Source: an uncultured Bacteroidia bacterium (GTDB taxonomy: Bacteria; Bacteroidota; Bacteroidia; Bacteroidales; CAJPTX01). From it: a stretch of DNA of 64,000 nt. The DNA is taken from positions 12,585 to 76,584 of the forward strand of contig CAUUMS010000002.1 in assembly GCA_963546395.1 (NCBI GenBank). The letters run 5' to 3'. The notes beneath the pieces were generated by a model that did no database searches, was not told the origin of the DNA, and saw only the letters and a program-made list of their open reading frames with translations. Positions within the stretch are counted from its first letter, which is position 1. Each line of letters begins with the position of its first letter. The translations under genes were made by a program, and so were the position numbers. Positions 54,800 through 64,000 of the stretch are shown here, piece after piece.

Positions 54800-56647
54800 A
54801 TGGAGCGTGCGATGGCAAAGAAGCAGGCGAGCCTGGTGGGAGGCTTGGTGGCGCAGATGGCGGAGAGAGTCATATCGATCGACGACATCGTGTACCTCTT
54901 CGATCAGATTGACAATCAGATTTTGGAGCTGCACCGCTGCTCGTCGGAGGATTTCCTGGGGCTCAATGCCCGATTTAAGGGTTTCTACAAGGATGCGAAA
55001 GGCATTTCAGCCTGCGCCGGCGATCTATTCTTGCTATTTGCCGAGGGGGCTAATCGTCGTCTGATTGCCGACCTCACGGATTTTCACGCGGGGATAGGTC
55101 AGAGCCAGGCGCATCTGGCCGAGCTGCTAGAGTCCAGCCTTTCCACCATGGCACAGATGCGGGCGAGGCTTTCGGCACTATACCTCCCGCTGCGTAACAT
55201 GGCGCAAGCTGTGGGGACACTCAGCCTGCTGCTGACTAATCTCACCCTGGGGCATAAGCCCTTCTTACGCATGGCGCAGCACACGACGGAGAGCTTCAAC
55301 GCACTGCGGGGCGAGGTAGATCACTTTGCTGAGCGTATCAACGGGCTAGGACGCACGGTGCGCCACTACGGAGGCCAGCTGGAGCAGGCCCAGCAGCAGG
55401 TGCAACAGGTGCGCGGAAAGGCCCGGAGGAGCCTCGATGCGGTTCTAAACTCAGTGCATTACGGGCTGCTCCTGTTCGCCGAAAAGCATGCGGAGACTAA
55501 CGCCCGGGTACCGGACATTTCGCAGAAGACGGAAAGCACCTCCAAGAGCATTGCTGGCATCATCACGAACCTCCAGTACCAGGATATCATCCGTCAGAAG
55601 ATGGAGCATATCCAAGCGGCCCACCAGGAGCTGATGGGGCGCCTGCGCACGGAGCGCGAGCATGCTGAAGAGGGCAGCGCAGGGTGGATAGACATGCTCA
55701 TTCAGATTCGGGACATATCGGCGTTGCAATCGGCACAGCTGGTGGCGACGAATCGCGAGTACCAGCATGCCATCGAGACACTGTCGCAGAACTTTCAGAG
55801 CATTGCGCACGACATGGAGACGATAGCGGAGCTCAGTCGTGACACGCTGCGTATGGAGGGTGAGGGCAGTGGCACCACGGCCATTACCGGCTTGCTGGAG
55901 CGTCTCAGGGGGTCTCAGGGAGAGCTGAAGACGCTGACGCAGGTAGTGCCAGAGTTCCATGAATTGCAGGCGGAACTTGTGACTGAAGGGCAGACATTGT
56001 GCGCTGAGATCGAGGTGTGCATGGGCGACTTTCGGCGTATGATAGGCCAGATTGAGCCACTGCTGACGATACCTGAACGTGCGGCTCCCAATGCGAGCTT
56101 CACCATGATAACGCAGCAGATGGGTGCCGTGGTAGATGATCTCGTGGCCAATGCGGATAAGGTGACTACCAATGTGGCGGGCCTGGGAAAGGGTTGCGCT
56201 GCGCTGATGATGTGCGAGAGCGACCTGAAGGAGTCCCTACAGCTATGGAAGAGCTTTGAGGAAGGGGTCGATCGCATGCATGGCATCGGGACGGGTCTGG
56301 CGCAGACGGCTGGGAGGAGCGCAGAGCTGCTTGCGCAGATAGAGGCCATGAGCAAGAAGGTGTCGCATGACACTCGGATTGCGATGTCGGAGATCCGCTA
56401 TTACGATCTGTTCGAGGGTGTGATTGGGGAGATTATTGATGCGCTCAATGCCATCAGCGCACGGATTCGTGAGGAGGTGCGTGGCGAGGGAGCCGCAGGC
56501 AACCTGGAGAAGGTGCGTAGGCACTACACGATGGCGAGCGAGCATAAGATCCATGACTCGTTTCAGGGTGAAGGCGATGTGGATCTATTCGGCGACGAGG
56601 TGATAGACGAACCGGAGGAGGACGACGATGGGCTAGAGCTCTTCTAG
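54800..56647 (+). CDS. 615-aa soluble all-helical coiled-coil protein; non-canonical receptor/scaffold candidate with a CheZ-like YQDIIRQ signature
   Basis: No TM segment or signal peptide. It has NLQYQDIIRQKMEHIQ (D262/Q266), a degenerate second copy IRYYDLFEG, a Q-rich stretch EQAQQQVQQ and the acidic tail EPEEDDDGLELF. It is the first gene of the che-like operon. Confidence 0.7.
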   Translation: MERAMAKKQASLVGGLVAQMAERVISIDDIVYLFDQIDNQILELHRCSSEDFLGLNARFKGFYKDAKGISACAGDLFLLFAEGANRRLIADLTDFHAGIGQSQAHLAELLESSLSTMAQMRARLSALYLPLRNMAQAVGTLSLLLTNLTLGHKPFLRMAQHTTESFNALRGEVDHFAERINGLGRTVRHYGGQLEQAQQQVQQVRGKARRSLDAVLNSVHYGLLLFAEKHAETNARVPDISQKTESTSKSIAGIITNLQYQDIIRQKMEHIQAAHQELMGRLRTEREHAEEGSAGWIDMLIQIRDISALQSAQLVATNREYQHAIETLSQNFQSIAHDMETIAELSRDTLRMEGEGSGTTAITGLLERLRGSQGELKTLTQVVPEFHELQAELVTEGQTLCAEIEVCMGDFRRMIGQIEPLLTIPERAAPNASFTMITQQMGAVVDDLVANADKVTTNVAGLGKGCAALMMCESDLKESLQLWKSFEEGVDRMHGIGTGLAQTAGRSAELLAQIEAMSKKVSHDTRIAMSEIRYYDLFEGVIGEIIDALNAISARIREEVRGEGAAGNLEKVRRHYTMASEHKIHDSFQGEGDVDLFGDEVIDEPEEDDDGLELF

Positions 56648-56677
56648 TCCATGGCTGATAGGTAACCAATATAGGGA

Positions 56678-57019
56678 TTGGCAATGAAGACAGTAAAGCT
56701 GAAGGCGAGCGGCGGAAAAGCCAAGGGAGACGGCATCCTACAGGTGCAGGGCAGCCTGACGCTCGATTGTGTGGAGGAACTCCTGAAATTCTTCCGTGAA
56801 GGGGTGGCGAAGTATCAGAACATCCGGGTGGAGGCCGCAGGCGTGACGGGGATCGATCTCGGCTTTTTGCAGCTCCTGCATGCCCTAGACGAGTGCCAGC
56901 ACGCCAGGGGAAAGACATTGGACGTGTCGCTTGCGTTGGAGCCTGAGATGGCCCAACTGCTACGCCATGCGGGGTTTGCGCATTGGACAGGCCAGTTACA
57001 TGACGGGAATAACAGCTAA
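56678..57019 (+). CDS. STAS-domain protein (anti-sigma-antagonist fold)
   Basis: LQVQGSLTLDCVEEL...VEAAGVTGIDLGFLQLL pattern, 113 aa. Confidence 0.75.
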   Translation: MAMKTVKLKASGGKAKGDGILQVQGSLTLDCVEELLKFFREGVAKYQNIRVEAAGVTGIDLGFLQLLHALDECQHARGKTLDVSLALEPEMAQLLRHAGFAHWTGQLHDGNNS

Positions 57020-57024
57020 GTAGT

Positions 57025-57390
57025 ATGCCTAAGAGGATCTTGATTGTGGATGACTCTGAGAGTATCCGCGAGGTGGTGAGCTTTACACTTGAGAACGAGG
57101 GATTCGATGTGGTAGTGGCCAATGATGGGACGGATGCTCTCACAAAGCTCGATGGCACGCCCGTGGATCTCATCATCACGGATCTCCACATGCCCGAGAT
57201 GGATGGGATCACCCTCATCAAGCACGTGAGGGGTATGGAGCTCTACCAGCGGATCCCCATCCTGTTTCTGACGACTGAGTCCCAGACGAGCAAGAAGATG
57301 GAGGCCAAGGAGGCCGGGGCTACCGGGTGGATCATTAAGCCCTTTGTGCCAGCCAAGCTAATTGCTGCCCTGAATAAAGTGCTACGCTGA
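57025..57390 (+). CDS. cheY: CheY-like single-domain response regulator
   Basis: DD pair (ILIVDDSE), phospho-Asp in IITDLHMPEMDG, T in LTTES and K in IKPF. Confidence 0.9.
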   Translation: MPKRILIVDDSESIREVVSFTLENEGFDVVVANDGTDALTKLDGTPVDLIITDLHMPEMDGITLIKHVRGMELYQRIPILFLTTESQTSKKMEAKEAGATGWIIKPFVPAKLIAALNKVLR

Positions 57391-59495
57391 TGGACGTGAA
57401 AATGGACAGCTTTAGGCAGAAGTTCGTTGAGGAGGCCGCAGATCTCATCGAAAGCCTAGAGAAGACGGTGCTCGAGCTCGAGGAGAGCCCGAGCGATGCG
57501 GATATCGTGCAGCGCGTCTTCCGCATTATGCACACGCTCAAGGGGAACAGCAGCATGTTCGGCTTTGAGCAGATCGACCGCTTCACGCACCAGATGGAGA
57601 CCATCTACGACCTAGTGCGCAGTGGCGACCGTGAAGTCAGCAAGGCGATCCTGGATGTCACCCTGCGCTCTGTGGATCACCTCAAGCGTCTGCTGGAGGA
57701 GGCCGGCGTGGAGAGCGTCCAGCTCATGCGTGAGCAAGATGAGCTGGTGGCCCTGATGGATGGCATCATAGAGGGCCGAGAGGATGGGGAACAGGGTGCT
57801 GACGCTGTGCCAGCTGAAGAGCCTCAGGAGAAGGCCGAGGCTAGTGCGGATGGGTTTGAAACCTTCTACATTCGCTATGCACCAGTCTCCGACATTTTCA
57901 ATAATGGGACGAATCCGCTCTACCAGGTGGACGAGGTGTATGCGTTGGGGCCATGCCGGGTGAAGGTGAACATGGAGCGGGTACCCTCTCTGGAAACCAT
58001 GGAGCCGTCCTACTGCTACACATCGTGGGAGATCGTGCTGGCTACGCAGCAGGGGCGCAATGCCATCGACGATGTGTTCATCTTCGTAGAGGGTGAATCA
58101 GATCTGGAAATCCAGCGTCTCGAGTCGGGCAATCTGCTACAGAATGAGACCTTTGTGAGCGACCTTGATGCACTCTGGGATGGCCGGCCTGGCACAATCG
58201 GGGTGGAAGAGCTGCGCCATATTGTGCCTGAGGCGGTAGTGGTGCCCGAGCGCAAGAAGGAGGGCCTTAATAGGGGAGAGGTGAAAGACGTGGCCATATC
58301 GTCGATCCGTGTGGCCTCGGAGAAGCTCGACGAGCTGATGAATCTCGTCTCCGAGCTCGTGACCACGCAGGCGCGCCTCACCCTGTTCGCCGAGAAGAGC
58401 AATCTGCCCGGGCTCGTGAGCATCTCGGAGAATGTGCAGAAGCTCAGCCGACAGCTCCGCGACATTGCCTTCAGCATTGTCCTGATCCCGATAGACAATC
58501 TGATTACCCGCTTCCACCGTCTGGTGCGCGACCTCTCGAAGGGCCTCAACAAGGATGTCCGCTTCGTGACGGAGGGCTCCGACACAGAGCTTGACAAGAC
58601 GATCATTGAGGGGCTGGCCGATCCGCTGCTGCATATCCTGCGCAATAGCCTGGATCACGGCATAGAGGATGCGGAGACCCGCGAGCGAGCCGGGAAACCA
58701 CGCCAGGGTACGATTTTGCTCAAGGCCTTCTACTCCGGCACTAACGTCATGATACAGGTTTCCGACGACGGGGCTGGTATCGATTCCAAGGCGGTACACG
58801 CTAAGGCGGTGGAGAAGGGAATTATCGCAGCCGATCGGAAGCTCTCCAAGCGTGAGTGCCTCGATATGATATTCACGCCTGGTTTTAGCACCTCGAAGGT
58901 CGTCACCGACGTTTCCGGGCGCGGCGTGGGTATGGACGTGGTGAAGCGTAAGATCGCCGAGCTACGTGGTGAGGTGGAGATAGACTCCGAGAAGGGTGTG
59001 GGCACCACTATCACCATCAGGCTGCCTCTCACGCTATCCATCATCGACGGGTTACTCGTTCGGGTGGCCGATACCTCCTACGTGATCCCGCTCTCTGCTG
59101 TGGATAAGATCTACGCCGTTGAGCACCGCAAGGTGGTCAACCAGTTCAATGACGTGGTCGAGCTGGACGGCGTGCAGATCCCCTTCTTCAATCTGCGCGA
59201 GGAGTTCGAGCTCGCAGAGTTCACGGGGGAGATGGAGCAGGTGGTCGTAGTACACTTCGAGGAGAAGAAGGTAGGCTTCGTGGTGGACATGGTGGTGGGC
59301 GAGTACCAGGCTGTGCTGAAGCCGCTCGGCACGCATTACAAGAACCAGGACATGATATCGGGTGCCACCATCCTGGGCGATGGCACGGTGGCCCTAGTGA
59401 TGGATACGAACCGCAGCATCAAGTACTTCACCAAGCACGAGGAGTTTACACTTGGTGCCGAGAGCGGGACGAACGACGATAACAAGCAAAAGTAA
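57390..59495 (+). CDS. cheA: chemotaxis histidine kinase CheA
   Basis: Hpt motif RIMHTLKGNS (His codon at 57531-33), HATPase boxes (DHGIE, DDGAGID, GRGVGMDVV) and a C-terminal CheW-like domain. The ATG overlaps the cheY stop (TGATG). Confidence 0.93.
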   Translation: MDVKMDSFRQKFVEEAADLIESLEKTVLELEESPSDADIVQRVFRIMHTLKGNSSMFGFEQIDRFTHQMETIYDLVRSGDREVSKAILDVTLRSVDHLKRLLEEAGVESVQLMREQDELVALMDGIIEGREDGEQGADAVPAEEPQEKAEASADGFETFYIRYAPVSDIFNNGTNPLYQVDEVYALGPCRVKVNMERVPSLETMEPSYCYTSWEIVLATQQGRNAIDDVFIFVEGESDLEIQRLESGNLLQNETFVSDLDALWDGRPGTIGVEELRHIVPEAVVVPERKKEGLNRGEVKDVAISSIRVASEKLDELMNLVSELVTTQARLTLFAEKSNLPGLVSISENVQKLSRQLRDIAFSIVLIPIDNLITRFHRLVRDLSKGLNKDVRFVTEGSDTELDKTIIEGLADPLLHILRNSLDHGIEDAETRERAGKPRQGTILLKAFYSGTNVMIQVSDDGAGIDSKAVHAKAVEKGIIAADRKLSKRECLDMIFTPGFSTSKVVTDVSGRGVGMDVVKRKIAELRGEVEIDSEKGVGTTITIRLPLTLSIIDGLLVRVADTSYVIPLSAVDKIYAVEHRKVVNQFNDVVELDGVQIPFFNLREEFELAEFTGEMEQVVVVHFEEKKVGFVVDMVVGEYQAVLKPLGTHYKNQDMISGATILGDGTVALVMDTNRSIKYFTKHEEFTLGAESGTNDDNKQK

Positions 59496-59507
59496 CAAGG
59501 CAAGGCC

Positions 59508-60041
59508 ATGAATGAGCATAAAGGCGAGGGGATGTCAAAGATCAATTCCTATCTCACATTCAAGCTCGGCGAGGAGAAATTTGCAGCCCATGTGAGCAAG
59601 GTGCTAAACATCCTCGAGATGACTCGCATCACGGAGGTACCCAAGTCGCCCGACTACATGACAGGGGTTATCAACCTTCGGGGCTCGGTGCTCCCTGTGG
59701 TAGACACGCGCATCAAGTTCGGCATGACACCCACCGAGTTCACCCCCAACACGTGTATCGTGGTGATGGACATTGACCTCGAGGGGGAATCAGTTTACGT
59801 GGGGGCCCTGGTGGACGCTGTGCAGGCTGTCATCGAGATCGAGGATCAGGATATTCTGCCGCCTCCCTCTCTGGGCACCAAGTACCGCTCGGAGTTCATC
59901 GTGGGGGTGGCCAATGTCAATGACAGCTTCGTCATGATACTGAACATGGACGAGGTCTTTAGCACCGAGGAGATCGTGAGCATCCACGAGCACACGGTGG
60001 AGGCCCCAGAGGCGCAGGAGTCGGAGAACTCGCAGGAGTAA
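59508..60041 (+). CDS. cheW: coupling protein CheW
   Basis: YLTFKLGEEKFA...GVINLRGSVLPVVD pattern. Confidence 0.9.
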   Translation: MNEHKGEGMSKINSYLTFKLGEEKFAAHVSKVLNILEMTRITEVPKSPDYMTGVINLRGSVLPVVDTRIKFGMTPTEFTPNTCIVVMDIDLEGESVYVGALVDAVQAVIEIEDQDILPPPSLGTKYRSEFIVGVANVNDSFVMILNMDEVFSTEEIVSIHEHTVEAPEAQESENSQE

Positions 60042-60104
60042 TCATTCGTTACCACATCCAGAGGCTGCCAGGTGTAGTGCCCGTGGCAGTAAACGAGAAG
60101 AAGC

Positions 60105-60974
60105 ATGGCAGACACAGAGCTTCCGTACGCCGAGCTCCACAATAGCTACCGGGTTGAGCTTGGCGATAGGGACTTCGAGCGCTTGAGTCGGTTCATCTAT
60201 GCCGCCGCTGGGATCAAGATGCCGCCGGCAAAGAGAATCATGCTCCAGAGCCGCCTGCAAAAGCGCCTGCGTGAGCTCAACATCGCCGACTTCACCACCT
60301 ACGCCGACTATGTGCTCAGCGAGCGCGGCCAGCAGGAGGAAATCATCCACATGCTCGATGTGGTCAGCACCAATAAGACCGACTTCTTCCGTGAGCCGGT
60401 GCACTTCGACTTCCTGCGCGATGTCGTGCTGCCCGAGTTCTTTCACGGACAGGATCGGGGTCGCATCAACGTGTGGAGTGCCGGATGCTCTAGCGGCGAA
60501 GAGCCATACACCATCGGCATGGTGATCTCCGATTTCATAGCGGGCCACCCCGGTTGGGATTTTAGCGTCCTGGGCACCGACCTGAGCACTAAGATCCTGG
60601 CTGCTGCCGTCAATGCGGTGTACAAGGAGGAGCGGGTTGAGGGGATCCCATTGGCCACCAAGCGTAAGTATTTCCTGCGGAGCAAGGATCGCGAAAAGGC
60701 CACCGTGCGCATCATCCCCGAGCTGCGACGGCATATGCACTTCCAACGGCTGAACTTCATGGATCCCAGTTACACCATTCACGAGATGTTCGACGTGGTG
60801 TTCTGCCGCAACGTGCTGATCTACTTCGATCGGGCCACGCAGGAGGCCGTCATCCGCAAGCTGTGCACCAAGCTCAAGCCGAATGGCTACTTCTTCCTGG
60901 GCCACTCGGAGTCCATTATGAACATGAATCTACCCCTGGCGCCCATCAAGCCAACCATTTTCCGCAAGAAGTAA
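60105..60974 (+). CDS. cheR: protein-glutamate O-methyltransferase CheR
   Basis: TNKTDFFRE, WSAGCSSGEEPYT and FCRNVLIYF. Confidence 0.92.
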   Translation: MADTELPYAELHNSYRVELGDRDFERLSRFIYAAAGIKMPPAKRIMLQSRLQKRLRELNIADFTTYADYVLSERGQQEEIIHMLDVVSTNKTDFFREPVHFDFLRDVVLPEFFHGQDRGRINVWSAGCSSGEEPYTIGMVISDFIAGHPGWDFSVLGTDLSTKILAAAVNAVYKEERVEGIPLATKRKYFLRSKDREKATVRIIPELRRHMHFQRLNFMDPSYTIHEMFDVVFCRNVLIYFDRATQEAVIRKLCTKLKPNGYFFLGHSESIMNMNLPLAPIKPTIFRKK

Positions 60975-60982
60975 ACGGACAC

Positions 60983-61936
60983 ATGAAACGCGAGGAGTCG
61001 AACATTGCACCGTCCACGGCCGAGTGCCCCCGGCACGCCGCCCTCTCCGATGCTGAGCTGCTCGAAGAGCTACGTCGCCGCATCATGCGCGCCAACCAGA
61101 CGGTGGAGGAGCTCACGAGCCTGAATGAGGAGCTGCGCATTGTCAACAAGAAGCTCGAGGAATCCGAGGAGCTCAAGAGCCACTTCATCAGCAATATCAC
61201 CAACGAGATCATCAATCCCTTCACCTCTATACTGGGCCTGTCCAGGGCGATACTGAGTGTCGATAAGGAGTCGTGGAAGAAGGTAATCTCCATGGTGGCC
61301 CTGATACACGCCGAGGCCTTCAGCCTCGACTTTCAGTTCCGTAACATCTTCTTCGCGGCCAAGCTCGAGGCCGGTGAGGCTCGCCCGGAGGTGTTGAACT
61401 CGAACATTCGTGCCCTCGTAGAGGGGGTCGTGGAGAGCTTTCGCTTCGAGTTGCGCAAGAAACGCCTCAACCTCTCGGTGGTCGACAGCTTGCCTGGCAG
61501 GCCACAGGACGCCGAGCCCTTCATGTTCAAGAGCGATCCAGCCTACATCAAGCTGATACTGGCCAATCTGCTCAGCAATGCGGTCAACTTCAGCTATGAG
61601 GGAGGCGACATCGAGATCGCCTGTGCCTTGCGTGATAACAGGCTCGTGCTCAGGGTGCGCGACTACGGCACAGGCATTGCCCCTGAGCAGCTCAGCTCCA
61701 TCTTCGATCGCTTTAAGCGGGGTGACAACGGCATCAACTCCGTCAACCGTGGCCATGGCCTCGGCCTCTCTGTGAGCAAGGCCGTCATCGATTTGCTCGA
61801 GGGCCAAATCACCGTGGAGAGCGAGCCGGGAGTAGGATCCGTCTTCGAGATCCAGATCCCCGAGGCCACTACCCCCGTGGAGGGATTTGCCTCCGAGGCC
61901 AATGAGATATTCTTCGATGATGAAGAGATATTCTGA
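60983..61936 (+). CDS. soluble HisKA/HATPase_c kinase-like protein with a non-canonical H-box (Asn at the phospho-acceptor position)
   Basis: Coiled-coil N-terminus with no sensor domain. The H-box FISNITNEIINPFTSILG compares with the consensus FlANvSHELRTPLtsIlG. The N box (LLSNAVNFS), G1 (RDYGTGI), F (FDRF) and G2 (GHGLGLS) are intact. The start is taken at MKREES. Confidence 0.8.
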   Translation: MKREESNIAPSTAECPRHAALSDAELLEELRRRIMRANQTVEELTSLNEELRIVNKKLEESEELKSHFISNITNEIINPFTSILGLSRAILSVDKESWKKVISMVALIHAEAFSLDFQFRNIFFAAKLEAGEARPEVLNSNIRALVEGVVESFRFELRKKRLNLSVVDSLPGRPQDAEPFMFKSDPAYIKLILANLLSNAVNFSYEGGDIEIACALRDNRLVLRVRDYGTGIAPEQLSSIFDRFKRGDNGINSVNRGHGLGLSVSKAVIDLLEGQITVESEPGVGSVFEIQIPEATTPVEGFASEANEIFFDDEEIF

Positions 61937-62409
61937 TGGTGGCCATGGCGACACGAGAGACGCACTTCCTCTACCCTGCTGCGCTCTTTGCGAGCCCAAC
62001 ACCCGTCACGGTATCCACCATACTGGGCTCATGCGTGGCCGTATGCCTATTCGATAAAGAGCGAGGCATCGGGGGTATTAATCACTACATGCTCCCATTC
62101 TGGAACGGGCAGGGGCTAGCTAGCCCCAAGTACGGGAACATCGCCATCGAGAAGCTCCTCGAGAAGATGCTCTCGCTCGGTTGCCGCAAGGAGAACCTCG
62201 TAGCCAAGGTCTTCGGTGGGGGCGAGGTCATCGAGACGCACTCCCAGTTCCATATCGGGGCGCGCAACATTGAGCTGGCCACCACCACGCTCCGTGAGCT
62301 TGGCATCCCCCTGGTGGCGCGCAGCGTGGGGGGCCCCAACGGGCGTAAGCTCGAGTTCGACACCGAAACAGGAGCCGTGAGGCAGCGGCTGATCCAGAAA
62401 ACTATTTAG
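61936..62409 (+). CDS. cheD: chemoreceptor glutamine deamidase CheD
   Basis: TILGSCVAVCLFD and INHYMLP motifs. The ATG overlaps the preceding stop (TGATG). Confidence 0.88.
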   Translation: MVAMATRETHFLYPAALFASPTPVTVSTILGSCVAVCLFDKERGIGGINHYMLPFWNGQGLASPKYGNIAIEKLLEKMLSLGCRKENLVAKVFGGGEVIETHSQFHIGARNIELATTTLRELGIPLVARSVGGPNGRKLEFDTETGAVRQRLIQKTI

Positions 62410-62428
62410 CAAGCGAGAGCGATCCTAG

Positions 62429-63514
<1,086 letters not shown>

Positions 63515-63541
63515 CACTGGGTGCCCAGCGCACCAGATGAC

Positions 63542-63579
63542 AGGGGGAATCCGCGCAGGCGAGTTCCCCCTCTTTCTTT
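63542..63579. terminator. candidate bidirectional terminator between cheB and the convergent membrane-protein gene
   Basis: 8-bp stem agggggaa / ttccccct with a 14-nt loop, followed by ctttcttt. Confidence 0.5.
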
Positions 63580-63618
63580 GCCATGGGGAGGCCCCTGAGG
63601 GTGTGTGAAACCCGATCC

Positions 63619-64000
63619 TTACGGCAGCATCAGCGCAAACCCCACCAGCGCGGGCACGAGTACTGATAGCACGAGCCCATGGTAGATAGACACCACCGCA
63701 TTTGCCGGGTGTGTGGCCACCGTGATGAAGGGTAGCACCGTGTCCATGCTTGTAGCTCCAGCTGCGCAGACGGGCGCATAGTCCCCAGCCCAGCGGGCAA
63801 TCAGCGGAGCGAGTAGTAGGGCCATCAGCTCGCGGAACACGTTGCTCAGCAGGGCCAGCGCGCCCACCGTGGGGCTATGCTGCTCGCAGATGATGATGCT
63901 CGACAGGCTGTAGTAGCCAAACCCCGCGCCCACGGCCAGCGCATCCTTCACCATCAGGGAGGGTAGTACGCACCAGGCCACGAGGGCCCCGAGGGCGGTG
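63619..64000 (-). CDS. LysO/YbjE-family (DUF340) membrane protein, C-terminal part; the 5' end lies beyond the window
   Basis: Polytopic hydrophobic sequence with the GATSMDTVLPFI motif. The ORF is open to the window edge. Confidence 0.65.
   Translation of the reverse strand, partial: TALGALVAWCVLPSLMVKDALAVGAGFGYYSLSSIIICEQHSPTVGALALLSNVFRELMALLLAPLIARWAGDYAPVCAAGATSMDTVLPFITVATHPANAVVSIYHGLVLSVLVPALVGFALMLP

Noticed and set aside
54800-56647. Whether the first operon gene is simply a canonical cytoplasmic MCP.
   Set aside because: I could not find the highly conserved signalling-tip motif (NLLALNAxIEAARAGExGRGFAVVAxEVRxLA-like) or a strict methylation consensus anywhere in the 615 aa. It is kept as a non-canonical candidate pending HMM or structure searches.

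Overview
This window is a high-GC Bacteroidota-type chromosome segment (upper-50s percent GC, estimated by eye). I base the phylum call on recurring TAnnTTTG-type -7 promoter boxes, type IX secretion (T9SS) genes, and the conserved bamD-rpoZ-coaBC-DUF4835-recN synteny. Indole-type tryptophanase plus high GC suggests a Rikenellaceae/Alistipes-like Bacteroidales genome, but that is only a guess.

Contents from left to right:
- 1-5774: the 3' three-quarters of sprA.
- 5.8-10.1 kb: a same-strand array of nine small unrelated ORFs that looks like an orphan immunity-gene island.
- 10.6-19.8 kb: housekeeping genes (flavin reductase, pyrE, NUDIX, polA, a methylase, a PpiD-like PPIase).
- 19.8-25.1 kb: a lipoprotein, an outer-membrane barrel and a PorE-like OmpA protein.
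- 25.5-34.9 kb: a 3133-aa subtilase/adhesin with a T9SS C-terminal sorting domain.
- 35.2-38.7 kb: tnaA, yicC, gmk, nadD.
- 38.9-39.8 kb: a multiply frameshifted pseudogene.
- 39.8-44.4 kb: ung translationally coupled to a vWA-like secreted protein and an output-less Cache-HAMP-GAF-PAS sensor.
- 44.8-45.3 kb: an orphan ECF sigma factor.
- 45.8-53.2 kb: a long minus-strand housekeeping operon (bamD to queE).
- 53.4-53.9 kb: a gamma-carbonic-anhydrase-like gene.
- 54.0-63.5 kb: the most interesting part. A Crp-family regulator is divergent from a nine-gene Che-like operon, across a perfect TGTGA-N6-TCACA box.

The operon encodes CheY, CheA, CheW, CheR, CheD and CheB but no recognisable MCP. It starts instead with a 615-aa soluble coiled-coil protein carrying a CheZ-like YQDxxxQ signature. 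It also contains a STAS protein and a sensor-less histidine kinase whose canonical phospho-acceptor His is Asn.

I found no rRNA, tRNA, CRISPR, transposase or integrase. All family assignments come from motif recognition by eye, with no searches run. Most antisense ORFs in the supplied track are high-GC shadow frames.
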